64,000 nt of DNA from Amoebophrya sp. A120. Taxonomy: Eukaryota > Protista > Dinoflagellata. Every line of letters starts with the position of its first letter. Position 1 is the first letter of the stretch. The stretch is from assembly GCA_905178155.1 (NCBI GenBank), contig CAJINV010000003.1:9307979-9371978 (forward strand), written 5' to 3'. Shown here in pieces: positions 1 through 12,300 of the stretch. The position numbers were made by a program, and so were the translations under genes. The notes below the pieces were generated by a model, which ran no database searches, was not told where the DNA came from, and saw nothing but the letters and a program-made list of their open reading frames with translations.

Positions 1-166
1 GTTTTTCCGGACGTGGATTTATTTGGCACTCGCATTGGATGGCCGCGCTTTGCGAAAATTGCAAGTTGGGCACTGTTCTGACAGCGGCACACTTCTAGGT
101 GCAGCGATCAAAAACTTCGAGCAAAAAGGTGTTGGGCAATAACGCAGTTGTAACTACACAGAGTGC

Positions 167-1190
167 CTAGCGCTTTCTTCTTTGCGGAATTTCCGTAAAG
201 AGATTTCTAGGGAGCTTGCTGAAGAAGTCGAAAAGCCAAAGTCTCTCCTCGTAGTAGCGTGTATCCTTTACCCCTGCTCCTTTATTCTGCCAAACCCTTG
301 TCGTCTGCCTTGTGCGTCTCGTTTCACAGTCACGTCGATGCTTCCATCTGGCGCAGCAACCTTTCATTGGTGTGGTCTCTAATCATTTTTTGACCTAGCT
401 GGTGCATGTGCGATCGTTGTCACATAGACAAGCGAGCAAGGCACAAACAACAGAACCACTGGAAAAATAATGAGAGCGCATGAACAAAAATGCGATACCT
501 TTACTAGAAAAATGAAAAACATAGGAGACAAATAATAGCCGCCGCACCGTCGGGGCCAGTGAGGTACTATTTGCGTTTTTTCTGTCGAGCCACCCTGAAT
601 ATTCCGACTGCAGGGCTTAAGAAGCCCTCCTCTGCCTATGCTCGGCTGAGCCCGGTCCTCCGCCAGGCGGTGCCAGCCCCTTGGTGGCGGGATCCTCGGC
701 GCGCGGGCTGCCCCGAACGCTATGGCTCCGCCTGGCCCTCCACCAGGGGGGGCGGCCCATCCGAGGCCAGATCCTGAGCGCGCAGGCTGGCTTGCAGTTT
801 TATTTGGCGGACTACGCATTTTTCTGCTTTTTGATTTTCGTTCGCGCCCCGAAGTCAGGCCGCAGCAAAAGTCAGTGTCCGTGGGCTGAAATCTGCCTGC
901 GAGCCGGAACCAGCGTGCGAGCCGAACTCAGGCGACGGGCCGAAGTCAGACCGTGAGCTAAAGTCAAACCGTAGCTCAACGTCCGTCCGCGCCGCGGACG
1001 GACGTTGAGCGTACTGCGAAGGGCCCGCCGCGGGCCCTTCGCAGTAATACGTGCCCCGGTATCAATCCGGTTCGGGAACCGCCCCCTGTAAAGATTTCTC
1101 TCGCGCAACATGTACAACAGATTCCAGGCGGGCTGCGTGCTGTGTTTCAGCTTGTCCGTCGGCTTCATCTTTCTTCGATCATCTTCAAAC
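167..1190 (-). CDS. 3' exons of a hypothetical protein (5' part unresolved, may extend to ~4.3 kb)
   Basis: Two protein-like segments, LFEDDRRKMKPTDKLKHSTQPAWNLLYMLRERNLYRG (~1190-1082) and VKDTRYYEERLWLFDFFSKLPRNLFTEIPQRRKR* (~272-167), join in frame across a GGG overlap. No family recognised. Confidence 0.4.
852..977. repeat. Seven degenerate tandem ~18-nt repeats (consensus approx. AAGTCAGNCCGYGRGCYR)
   Basis: Units start at 852, 869, 889, 907, 925, 943 and 961, e.g. AAGTCAGACCGTGAGCTA and AAGTCAAACCGTAGCTC. Confidence 0.8.
974..1046. repeat. Double perfect hairpin (18-bp and 17-bp inverted repeats, 1 nt apart)
   Basis: 974-991 GCTCAACGTCCGTCCGCG is the exact reverse complement of 993-1010. 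1012-1028 TACTGCGAAGGGCCCGC is the exact reverse complement of 1030-1046. Confidence 0.97.
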
Positions 1191-2666
1191 AGCCTATCTA
1201 GCGCATACTTGACTAGTAAGTCTGAAACGGATTACGTATCTTGGTGGGGTAATAATAAAATATACAGGTGCTGGGTCATAGTTTTTTCCTTGCTCCAAAC
1301 TCGAAACCGTATATCACATTGTTCTAAGTGTTCCTCGCCGCAGGAAAATGATAGATTGCTCGTGTGGGCACACAATGCGATATTCCCTCTCGGGGTAGTG
1401 GTAGCGTATTCGAAATGAACAATTTGGTTTTGCCACTGCAATCAATACTAGGTCATACGGCGAGGTGTATGGTTCAGCGTCATACAGTGAACTCGGTATT
1501 CTCACGCGAGCCACGCTCGCAAGTGTCGCGTACACAGGATTGGCCCATTACTAAAGCTAACGCCGGCCCAGCAGCCACCTTCCTTCGCCTGGCGTATCTG
1601 CTACTAACTCTCGTCGTCCTCCAGCTCCTGCGTCGATTAAGCGGTGCCCACAGCTGCCTCCATTGCTGAGCGATAAATGCAGCAGTGCCACGTCATGACC
1701 GGCGCACTCGTGTCATTCCCTCCTGCAGGTAGATGAAACTTTTCACGGCCACGTAGACGATTATCAATGGAAAGCTGGAAGAAGATAGTATGCCTCGCGG
1801 TTTCTACCACTTTGGTCGCCTAGTATACTTCTCTACGCGCCGCCCGGTGTACTTATTTTCACATTTATCTTCATCTTCAACGTCTGCCTCTCGACATTCG
1901 ATCTCAATGTCTCCCGCATGAATTTCTGATTATCAAGCCAGTTTCTCTACATAATCTAAAACGATGCGCCCATTAGAGCGTATTCAGGCGAGACACTGAC
2001 ATTGACAACTGCAAAGGCTACTAGACAAAGTAGGCAGCTATTCATTTCATTCTCAATCTGAATTGTTTTCGCTCCAGTCGCAAAAAGGTGTCAAAAAGGA
2101 CGACACTTGCGCCCAACCTCGCACGGAAAAATGCGCCTCCCTGGTGCTGCACTTCAACGACATACAAAAAATGTAGCTGTGCGCTCATACAGTGACCGTG
2201 GAGGAGAGCGGTGGCTTGTCTGCATTCGCTATAGATAGTTCTTCGCCATTTATTACTGCGCTCAAGGCCTCTCAAAGTTGCGCACGCAAGCCTCAGACTA
2301 GACAAAGCGCGAGGCTATAGCTGCCTGCCCCGCGGTCTATTTTGCAGTGGTGCGCGACCTCTTCCCATTTTTTGATCCGTTTGTAGCCTTTGCGCACGGA
2401 CGGATCGCTGGTGTGAATCAGGGCCCACAAAAGTTTTGCCCGTGGCTGGGACGGGTTTTGTTCTCTCCCAGCAAAAAAGAAGCTAAGGCTTCTGACCCTT
2501 CGGGCTAGTGTACGCCCACCCGCGTCCGTGCTAGCGCACCGCGCCATCAACTACTCCTGAAACCTCATTCTTTTTCTCTCTTGGAACGGCGAACGACACA
2601 GAGCCACTGAGGACTTCGGGACATTTTTTTGGAGTTTTGGAAAGGGCTCGCCCGTTCGCAAGTTCC

Positions 2667-2722
2667 GCACTTCTGATGGTGCAGCACCAGCAAACCGCCA
2701 ATACTGCACTTCTGATGGTGCA
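2667..2722. repeat. 17-nt direct repeat pair GCACTTCTGATGGTGCA
   Basis: Exact copies at 2667-2683 and 2706-2722. Confidence 0.9.
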
Positions 2723-3359
2723 CATGAGGCAGAGCCGCCAGTGCGGCTGGGCTTATGTTTTTCATTCTTATACTCCCAATTGACATTGAGAAGTTGCAAG
2801 TCCTTCCTTTGCTGGCGATACGGGAAAAAAGCCGCCGCCTAGAGCGATCGCGACCTCACGATATACTACGCGCATCCAAGAACAGCAGGGCTCACGCTGC
2901 AAAGGAGAAGCGAACGCAGACCCGTCCAGGGTTTGTCCGGTCAAGGAAAGACCAATGAGCTGCTCGTACGTATGCATCTGTTCCTCGTGTACAATTTAAC
3001 AACCCCATCCTCGAAGGCATCAGGGCGTGCCGACTCAAGTTCATTTGCTGTTGTCTCCTTTCACGCGAAACGGAAGCAATAAGTAAACACTAAAATCAAA
3101 CTGCATCAAGAGTCTGTATGTACAGGAACGTGATCATTTATCTGCGATGCGTTTTTTATCTTAGAAAACAAGCTCCTGGGGATTTTTACGCACAGGCTAC
3201 TGCTGCCGCGCTCGTACTTTGTTTTCAGCTGCAACAAAGCCACCACATTAGCACTACCCAGCTTTAGACCAGCAGTTCCTTTGACTTTTGAGGAGCAGCA
3301 TATACTACCTCATATGAATAAGTACAAAGGCCCGCGCCAACACAATAACTGCAAAAAAT

Positions 3360-3770
3360 GTCACGACGCGCGCACGGGTACCTAGCGAGCACCCGGGGTT
3401 GCGCATCAGGCAAGGGCAGGGAGCGACGGAGGGGCGGCCGGAAGCGTTCGCGGCGCCGCGGCACGGGCGCCGCAGTAGAGGGGCCGCGCGCCCTCGCGGC
3501 CGGTAGCGTCAACCAACAGGGGCCGGAAGCAGGGGGCCGCCACAGTGGCCGGCAGCAGGCGGGGGCGGAAAGCAAAACAAGGGTGGGGGGAGTGCGCCCC
3601 ACCACCACGCCCCGTACAGCCAACGCAGGTGGGTGCGGGGAAACGCGGGAGGCCGCGCGCCAGTACGGCCAGCGACGCGGGCAGGCCGAGCGCGTAGACA
3701 ATGCGGGCCATGACCCCCTCCCGCGGCCGGGGCGCAGCCGCGCGCGGGGATCGGCAACGGCGTCACTATG
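3360..3770. other. GC-rich, T-poor insert, probably a decayed repeat or mobile element
   Basis: Abrupt compositional island with ~3 T per 60 nt on + (lines 3421 and 3601) and a small hairpin at 3482-3501. Confidence 0.4.
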
Positions 3771-4421
3771 GAAGACGCACACGCTCACCGTAGCGACTCT
3801 CGAAGCGTTGAGTGCATTTGCATACACGCACGCGCACGAAACAAACAGCACTTCTTGCCTTAGCCTTTCGACGAAATTCTTGACACGCGCGCTCATTTTC
3901 GAAGGAACGATGGCACCCAGCAGGTTTTTCGTGAGTAGCAGCACTACTTAATTGCGCGTCCTTCACCCTGTCACTTTTTGCATATTTTGTATTGGCCCGG
4001 AACCTGGCATTCCTACTCTAGTATTTCAATATTGTACACCTTGCGCTCGCCCGCGCACAAGCACACAGAAAAGAAACAGCAGTCGTGCGATGCCTTACAG
4101 CATGGCTCTGAGTTCAGTCAATCATTCAAATCATACTAAATTCTCGAGGCGTGGTCACATCTTCGAAAACGTGAACTTTCTGCTAAATTCAAATCAATCA
4201 ACAATCTGGATCATTTCTCACCGTTTATGTAATTGTATAGGAAATAGGTTCAGGTAAAGACAGCTTCAAAGCTTCGCCCTCTTCTTCATCCAGTGCACGT
4301 ACGTCCTAACCGCATCAAGAGACCAGTAACGCAGAGGCTGCATTCCTGGAGTTTGTGTTTTCTTTTCTCCATGCGTTTCGAATTTGCGCGAGGACGCTGT
4401 TCCTCACGACCACAAGAACTT

Positions 4422-7400
4422 TCACGCGTCCTCGATTCCCGCAATCGCGATGTCGGGATCTTTATCGTACGGGTTGTTCATGACGCGCGTCTTCGAAGTG
4501 AAGTTGTACCTCATTACACGTGAATCGATGATAATTTCTTGCACAGCTTCTCTTTCTCTGACCTGCATGATCATGTTGTGTCATGAACAGATAGACAATG
4601 AGTCGAGGATCTGGAGCAATCAGCTCTGTGCAAGGACGAATTTATGTACGTCTGAATACCAGTAAGTATTGAGATTGTCATCTTTAAATGCCACCCAAGG
4701 CCCGGACTCCGCGGTACTTCTGGCGCGATCCGTAAGCACCTGCGCCTCCTCCGGTGGCACCAGAAAACCCCCTCGGAATACCTGCCCCGTATTGTCGATG
4801 GTCACGCGTATCGGAAGCAAAAGTGTGCCCACTGATGCCTGACATGCTCTGGTACGCCAGTTGTATCGTGCAGCTGTCATAACAAACTTCTACGACTTAC
4901 GTTGCGAGCACGATGTTGCTGGCACGCATGCAACTATTCTTTGTAGAATGCCCATAAATGACGTCTGCACGCCGACGCCAGAATACAACTTTCTACCAAC
5001 CCAATCAAAAACTCATCCCGATCGGCGCTTCTTTGTAGCCGAGAGCTGAAATTATGCTCATGACGAGGTTTTCCCAACCACTACGCATGCAAAAGTGGAT
5101 TCGTGGGGACACTTGTCAATGTTGTAAAGTGCACGTGCTGCCTTCTCTTGCCCTTGCGGTGGAGCTTGATGAAACACTCGGTGCAGAAGAGATCCACACA
5201 GTCCTCGCAAAGCACCTGAGAAATTCATTGCGTTGCGAAAATGAAAATGCGTGTCGAGGAGGGTGCCGCTCTCAAGTGGATTCTATATGCATCCATCAAA
5301 TAGCAGGGTCCGTTTCTATGCGGTGCATGACACAAACAGAAAGACTAGGCACATCCAAAAAAAAGGCTTCTACGCACCGCATGACAAGTTTTTCCGACCC
5401 ACAGTTAGCTGTTTGCTAAGTAAAAAGCCTCCTGCCATGCTTGGTAGCAGTAGCAGGTTTAGACTCAGACAAACTCGCAGTGTGTCCATTTATACAACTT
5501 TTCGCGGACCTAAAATCAGTTTTAATGGCCCTTGTTTCTTTCCCAATCTTGTTTAGTGCAAAAAAAAAAGTAAAAGTACACTTGCGTTGTAGTGCTCGCA
5601 CTCGAGGCAAACTAAGCCGTTTATTATCCTCTTGAGGTGATTGTGGAGTTCCGGGCGAGATCGGTTATCGTAATGAAAGGTACCCGCGTCGTCACGCTTT
5701 TCATGGTTTTTTGTGTCGCCGTGTAGCACATGAAAAAGCACGATGCCTGAAAGCAACGAGAGCGATTGACTTTTGTAGTTTACCAAATATAACTTCAAAA
5801 CTTCGAACAACTCAAAGCATTGTGCCCATTGGGTGGAAACAAACTTCTTTGAGAGGACATCATCAGATGCAAGTCGACACAAAAAACATTGCGAACTTGT
5901 AGCGGGTACATTTTAAATAGGATAGGCGTGCGTCGATACAAAACACTGGTCACAATAGAACAGGCCGCACTGGATACCTGTGAATTCGAAAGAACCAAGA
6001 GACATTATAGGGACCTTCAGCATGATTTGCGTGGCAGTTGTACACGCTGGCTTTATCTTTACCTTCATTCATCATGCATAGGCTGCTTCTGCAGATGCGG
6101 CGCACTGTCGCAAAATCTGAAGAAGGCCAACATCCCATGGCCGGATAAATATTTAAGTACATTGGCAGGACGCGATGAGATGGTCGCACGCGGCACAGAC
6201 CAGCTGCTCCACGTCCTGTATGATGTGGCCTCGCCTTTTCCCTGTTGCGTGGGTCGCATTGAAGCAATCCTGGCAGAAGAAATCCTTGCACTGCTGGCAC
6301 TTCACAACCGCGCTCTTCTCCTCGCATTCTTGGCACATAACCTGATTAGTTGAAAGTAAATGTGGACGCAACGTCCCGACTTGCAGGGCTCTCTTATAAT
6401 TTCTACTCGTGCTGACATGCAGCAAAACACTAAACAACGACGTTGCACAAGCAAACTTTCGTCCTCGACGCACATCATGAGTAAGGACGATCGGTATCGA
6501 CACTACAATAGATCGATCTACTTCGTACCACTGTGTCTGGCTTCCTGATCACGTCGACCTTCACCTGCTGCTTGCGCATGCGCCGCAAGAAGTCCAGCGG
6601 CTTTTCCAAATCTTGCAATATCGTGCCCAAGTTGAATTGCTTTTCGACGTATGCCTCGATCGTTTGCTTGATTACCTGACGAAGTTGTTGAAGAAGTCTG
6701 GTGTCCGCTATGCCTCACTTCAGCTGCAATCACACGTAGGGTGTCGATCAGAGAGTCATGCACTTTCAAGCGAGCGCTTGTGCTTGTCAAAGCGACACAC
6801 GCATAATGGAAGCAAGCAAGTACTCTTGCGAGGAAATATTCGGCCTTGGTTTCGCACTCGAGCAAAAGTGCCACTTTGTCAACCATTTCCGGGGTCATGG
6901 GCGGCAGGTGGCTCGTGACGCGATTCAGAATCTCTGTGATAATACCGCTCAGACGGGTGCTATTGGAGTCCAGATCCGTTTGCTGTGTCGTTCCACTCAT
7001 TTTCACAAAGGAAGCCTGCTTGTGATACCTGATGTTGCAGAAATTCGGCACCAAGACTCCAGTACTTGTTCGATGATGATACGTTTCTGAACTTCCGCCA
7101 TCAAAGTGAGACGCACAGGACCCCAACGAATTTTTAATCTTTCAAGCACACAAAAACATACATGGACAGTAATCGCGTCCTGAATCAATTTTAATATGGA
7201 ATAAATGCCCTTAGCCCACTTAAGTAAGTATAGAGGGCCAACAAGCTTCATGGCAACTTATTCTGAGCAAGGTAAAATACAGTCCGGCGTATTGCTCGAG
7301 AAGCGGATGAAGTTTCTCCCTATCACAACGCAAATTGCCCCTGCCCAGCCTTCAACTTCAAAGTAAGTAATTTCCGGCTGCATAATTTAAGCACCATGCA

Positions 7401-7747
7401 GAGATAGCGGTGGTCGCTGCCAGACGAATAACCTGTGGACTTCTGAGGAGTACTCCACCGAGGTGGCGTTACTGCATCACAATTGCTCTAGCGTCGAGGG
7501 GAGCGGCCTCGGGACAATTTGCATTTGATTAATGCAACCGCTTCGTCCTGACGTGGTAGTACATGGTTTCACCATTTTCGTTTGTGAGCTCCCGCCAATC
7601 CTTGGACGGCAAATCGGCTTTTGCGCACTGCTCTGCGATCCAGAGGTATTCAGGTTCGTTGACGGCATCGATCCCGAGCATCTTTGCCACCCCGACGATG
7701 ATCTCCGGGGAGACATGCTTGGTCACCGGAGCCTCGTCGCCGTCCAT
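4422..7747 (-). CDS. Multi-exon protein: CEP164-like N-terminal WW domain, four B-box zinc fingers, C-terminal WW domain
   Basis: N-terminal LGIDAVNEPEYLWIA...DLPSKDW...YYHVRT..LHP resembles the CEP164 WW region. B-box motifs: CQECEEKSAVVKCQQCKDFFCQDCFNATH; CAACDHLIASCQCIQCGLFYCDQCFVSTH; CLECEHYNASVLCEDCVDLFCTECFIKLH (three complete motifs spelled out; treat the count as 3-4). Final WW: GPWVAFKDDNLNTYWYNF. ATG 7747, TGA 4424-4422. Confidence 0.85.
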
Positions 7748-9396
7748 TTTTGCCTTTGCTCCTTGTGCAGCTAGAAAAAACTCTGCTCCCTCCGCACTTT
7801 GTAAGCGCCCGCCGGTCCTTGTCGAAGCGGCCTGCTGTCTTGTAAGAGGAGGAAGAACCTCCAGGAATCAAAACCGTACACAGCTGCCAAAATTTTCCCC
7901 GACCGCGGCAGAAGAGGGATGTCCGCTACGTAACCGGAAAGTGCTCCGCTTGAACGACCGAGATGTTTCCTCCAGCTCTCGCAACGCGCCGTAGGCACTG
8001 TACGCGGACTGTTACGAGGAACCGAACCCGTTCTTGGTCGTCTGGTTCTGGTACCGAGGAAGCCTATAACATGTCGGTGGCGAAACTGACTTCTGGTCGT
8101 CTTTCGGAGAGTTGAATGCAGTTTCTAGTCCTCAAAACCACCCCAAAAGGAGATTCTAATGCGTCGTCTCCGCTTCTGCGGATGTACCTTTTTACAGGCT
8201 CCTCCTGCTACCAAGAATCCGTCCTATCCAGTGCTATTTGCAGCCGACGCCAAGAGATCCGATCTTCTGATATCACGTGCTGGTTGTACTACAGCCGGCG
8301 CAACTAGCTGCTCGCAGACTTACTTTTCCACGGTGAGAGGAAGTATCAATATTTCCTACCACGTAAAACAGCAGCAGCGGGAGGAGCAAATAGGCGGGCT
8401 TCACTTTTTTTAATGCCTCGCTTCACCGGAAAGGAATATAGTGAATTCCCAACTGCGTGCAGCAAGAAACATGTGTGTGTTCCTTCGTCCAGTTCTCCGC
8501 TGAAGAGAACTGGACGGCGTCAAGAGTATCCGCGAGCCATCCCTTGCTAGACGTAAGAAAGTATGAATTTTTGAAGTTGAGCTGTTGACAATACTTCGCA
8601 AATCAAAACAAAGTCAAAAAGTGATGACCCTAAAACCACACACGAAATTGAAATACTAGAATGAAACAACGCAAAAACTACAAAAACAAAAGCGCAAATC
8701 TACGAATTGAGCGCCATGCGACTTTAATTGCCCAGGCCCCTCTGAGTTTCGAGCTCAACGAATGCCAGAAGCACGATAAGTCCCCCACAAGGTGAGGGGG
8801 CAAATTGCGTATTTCTCTTGTTCTCTACAGCCATCGCGATGCCGCATGTGTGTCCCTCTGTAGTCGAAAGCTCACACTACCGTCAGACTGCATGTGTCTC
8901 TCTCGATTGACTGCCAACTTTCTCGAGCGAACAGAGACGACGAATGTTGCGTCGGAAACTAGTCTTGCACCGTGTCACGTAGTGGCTTAATCCTAAACGG
9001 ACCAGATCAATCCGCGCACTGAGGCAGGGACGTACTAAAACAAGTTGGCGCCGTCTTGATGTTGTAGTGAGATAAATAGTCCGCAGTCGAAGCGCAGCAA
9101 GTGGCTTAAGTATATTCATCGCACAAAGTCGCGCTTCACGCTTTCTCTCCAGAGAGGCAAAGAAGGCGCCCTCCTTCCTCATCTTGCGCGGTCGCCCTCG
9201 CGTCCTCAGAAGTCAAACCAATTCCACTGATACATCCTAAAAAACGGACGAGGCAATATCCAAAGCAATGGCTGTTGACGATCACAGCGAAGGGAAACGC
9301 GAAAGCCGTTCGGCGCGACGCTGTGCGAAAACAGGGCAATTCTGCGCTCACCTCTTCCAGCAGTTGGTCCAGCACCGGATCCGCGCGCTTCGTGGC

Positions 9397-12300
9397 TCAG
9401 TCGAAGGGATTGTGGTATCGCACTTTCGTTCGGGTCTGCGGGGGCGGCTGCACGTGCTCGGGTGCGGTTGGTTGGGGCGCGGGCGCTGGCAATACTTGCT
9501 CCTCGTGATTGGCGCTTGAATCACCGTAGTGCCGTTGCTCTGTATTTTCATTCCAGTGGCGCGTTTATTTTGCTGTCGTTGCCTATGGTTGTCTAAATTT
9601 GGCCTAGTGGACGGAAAGGACCTCAAGCGCAACGTCATCAGGTCTAGTAGACATCGACACTCTATACTCTTTCACGGAACTAACAAAAACGTGGTGCCTG
9701 CTCGGATAATAAACTACATCTATTGATAACTAGGTCAGATCAATTTATTGTTATACCATCAAGTATCTGTTCCTTCAGCGGGAACAGACCACAGTTACGA
9801 AGATGAACCTCGATGTAAAGCGTGAGCTCGGACGCGCAACTGAGGAAGGGAAAATCACCGCCCTGCTTCAGTGTGGCAACCTTCGCGTCCGGGTACCTCG
9901 ACTTCAGCTCCTGCCGCACGTGGGCCGTAGTAATGTGTCACGCTGAAAATATTTTCCGCTCCAGACCCGCAACAAAGCTGATGAATGACAGATATTACAT
10001 AGGCCTCTGAAGGTGGGCGGGAGACCACTCACATTTAGATTAGAATTGCAACCCTGCAAACTCACCCGCAGCCGTACTACAGTTGCCCGATCGCGCATTA
10101 CATACGGTTTCGCGCTGCATTTGCAGTTCACGAATGTCTCTTGCTGCTGCTTCCCGCCGCAGGGCCAATCTATCACGACATACATTCTCAGCATGAAGCT
10201 GCTCGGTGGTACAAAAAGTTTCCTTTCTGTTTCTCCTCTGTAGACTTGTACATCTTAAAAATCTCTTCACATGCCTAATGCTGCTATCCGATATCGTGTG
10301 CTTGAGGCTCAAGTGCGGACCAATACTTTTGCGAATCTTAAAACACACTGGTCGTTCACGTCGATGATGAGTATTCGCGAAGGCTCGAGCAACAAATGCC
10401 CAATGGTAGCCAGTGTGTACGCAAGGGTGATTCTGCTCGCCAGGTCGTACCCGTCGAGAGCCGAGTCGTTGCCACCGAGTCGTTCTTTCACCCATTCGTT
10501 GGCGTGCATTACGCGCGGATCGCCGGTGCTGGGGAAGTTATCCAGAAGCATGGACCTGGTGTAAGTATAATTTTTGCGACGGATCTTTTGCAGTTCTAAA
10601 TCGTTCCCCGTCGCGACGGAGTATATAGCGGCTATCCTCCGCTCGGACACGGCACAAGCAACTCAAGGACCTCTCAGAAGTAGAACCTCAACCTGCTGGC
10701 TTTTTGCATAAGAAGAAGAAAGTGAGTGCTACTATGATGAAATGAAACAGGAGTAGTGCCACTAAAGAAGCTAAAACAATCAAAAAATGCTCAAACCGTA
10801 ACAATGGCGTGGGGGTGACGTGTACAAGGCCGACAAAGCCAGCAGCCGACTCGGCAAAGCTGGCAGTGGATGTGAAGGAATTGCAAAGTACTAAGCCCCC
10901 CACGCGTCTTGGATGCTGGACCGCATATGCCTGCGCCAAAAACCCTCCGAGCGAAACGCAAATATCAAAATAAAAACTCTTCCCCTTCTGTGTTCAACGG
11001 AATATGTTCGACACTCCGGATGAAAAGAAAAACCCTCGCTATTCTGGCATCATCCCCGACGACCGTCCGTTCCCGAACGTGAGGAGTTGCCGCACTGGTA
11101 CAGCTTTGAAAAACTCTGTCAGAGCCCAAAGCGTCAGTTACCGCCACACTGAACGCAGGCGGAAAGCTTTGTGTTTGTAAAAATGCGAGGCTGTAATTAA
11201 AAGTGCGAGTAGAACGAAAGGGCTTTTCTCTGACTCGAATACCAAATGCAAATCATGTTGACAGAAGTTCTCCCTGACTATGGAGTAATTGTTTTCATCT
11301 AAGTATCCAAAAAGGTAGACTTTGTCGGCCTTGATCACGTCGAGAAATCGTTCGAAACCCTCGACCGACATATGCTAGGAAAATCTTGAGTCAACTTCCA
11401 AACTTGCACCTGGGGCTGTTCATCTTCGCAGCATAATACCTCCTAGTAGATACAGGTAAACCTAGACACGCGGTATCCTTGGTGTGGAGGGCGACAGCAT
11501 TCATTCCCGTCGACGAGAAGACGAACTGTGGTCACGCAGGGCAAGCTTGGATCATGAAATGACTCAAAATTCAACACGGATAACACTCCTCCACGCTGTA
11601 GTAGGGTGGATACTGACAGCTGATGCAGCGATACCTGAAACACGGATATGAAGTTTGGCTTTTCATTCAGTTTTCCTTTTCGTTCAGTTTTTCTTTTCGT
11701 CCCCTAAGGCCTGCCATTGAGAATTCCATCACAAAGACAGGAATGGGAGTCAGTGGGTCCATGACGATTATATATATAATTGATGCAGTATGCTTGTGCA
11801 GCAAATGTTCAAGTAGCGAAAAAATGGTGCAGTAGTTACAACAGACGAGTACCCTTTGCAGCTGAGGGCGTCAAGCTGGTAAAAGAAGCACTCCGCGCCG
11901 GTGGTTGTGCCAGGAAGAAAGACGCCAGTATGGCCTGGCTCAAGTGTTCCAATCTCAGCTACTGCACAATTATGCTTGCCGTGATACAATCGACACCTGC
12001 CACACCAAAAGACCACAAAAACGATACGGAAGTAAACAGCCAGCAGACATTGCGCCTTGGAATGTAAAAGGCCCCGAGTCCTGCTAGCGAGAGAAAGGCC
12101 GAGCCTCAAAAAAACTCAGGCACTAGCTATCATGCCATAGCAGAAGCGCGAGCAGGCACAGCGTGTAACGCAACCTCTTGAAAATTCCTCCTGAATAACT
12201 CCGGCAACTTCATGCACAAAAAAATAAAAAACTTACTTCGCCTCTCCCGATCGAAGCAGCTGAAAATTGTAGCAACCCTTTAGTGGGTGCTACCACAAAA

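Noticed and set aside
852-977. CRISPR-like array
   Set aside because: The repeats abut without unique spacers, no cas genes are present, and the context is eukaryotic.
1068-1090. Small hairpin as a Helitron 3' end
   Set aside because: No CTRR terminus follows. The segment is better explained as one arm of the intron-closing stem.
1560-1665. Minus frame MEAAVGTA*STQELEDDES**QIRQ suggested TAA/TAG read as Gln, as reported for one Amoebophrya strain
   Set aside because: Frames of 1322 and ~1970 codons and all conserved exons contain no in-frame stops, so the standard code fits.
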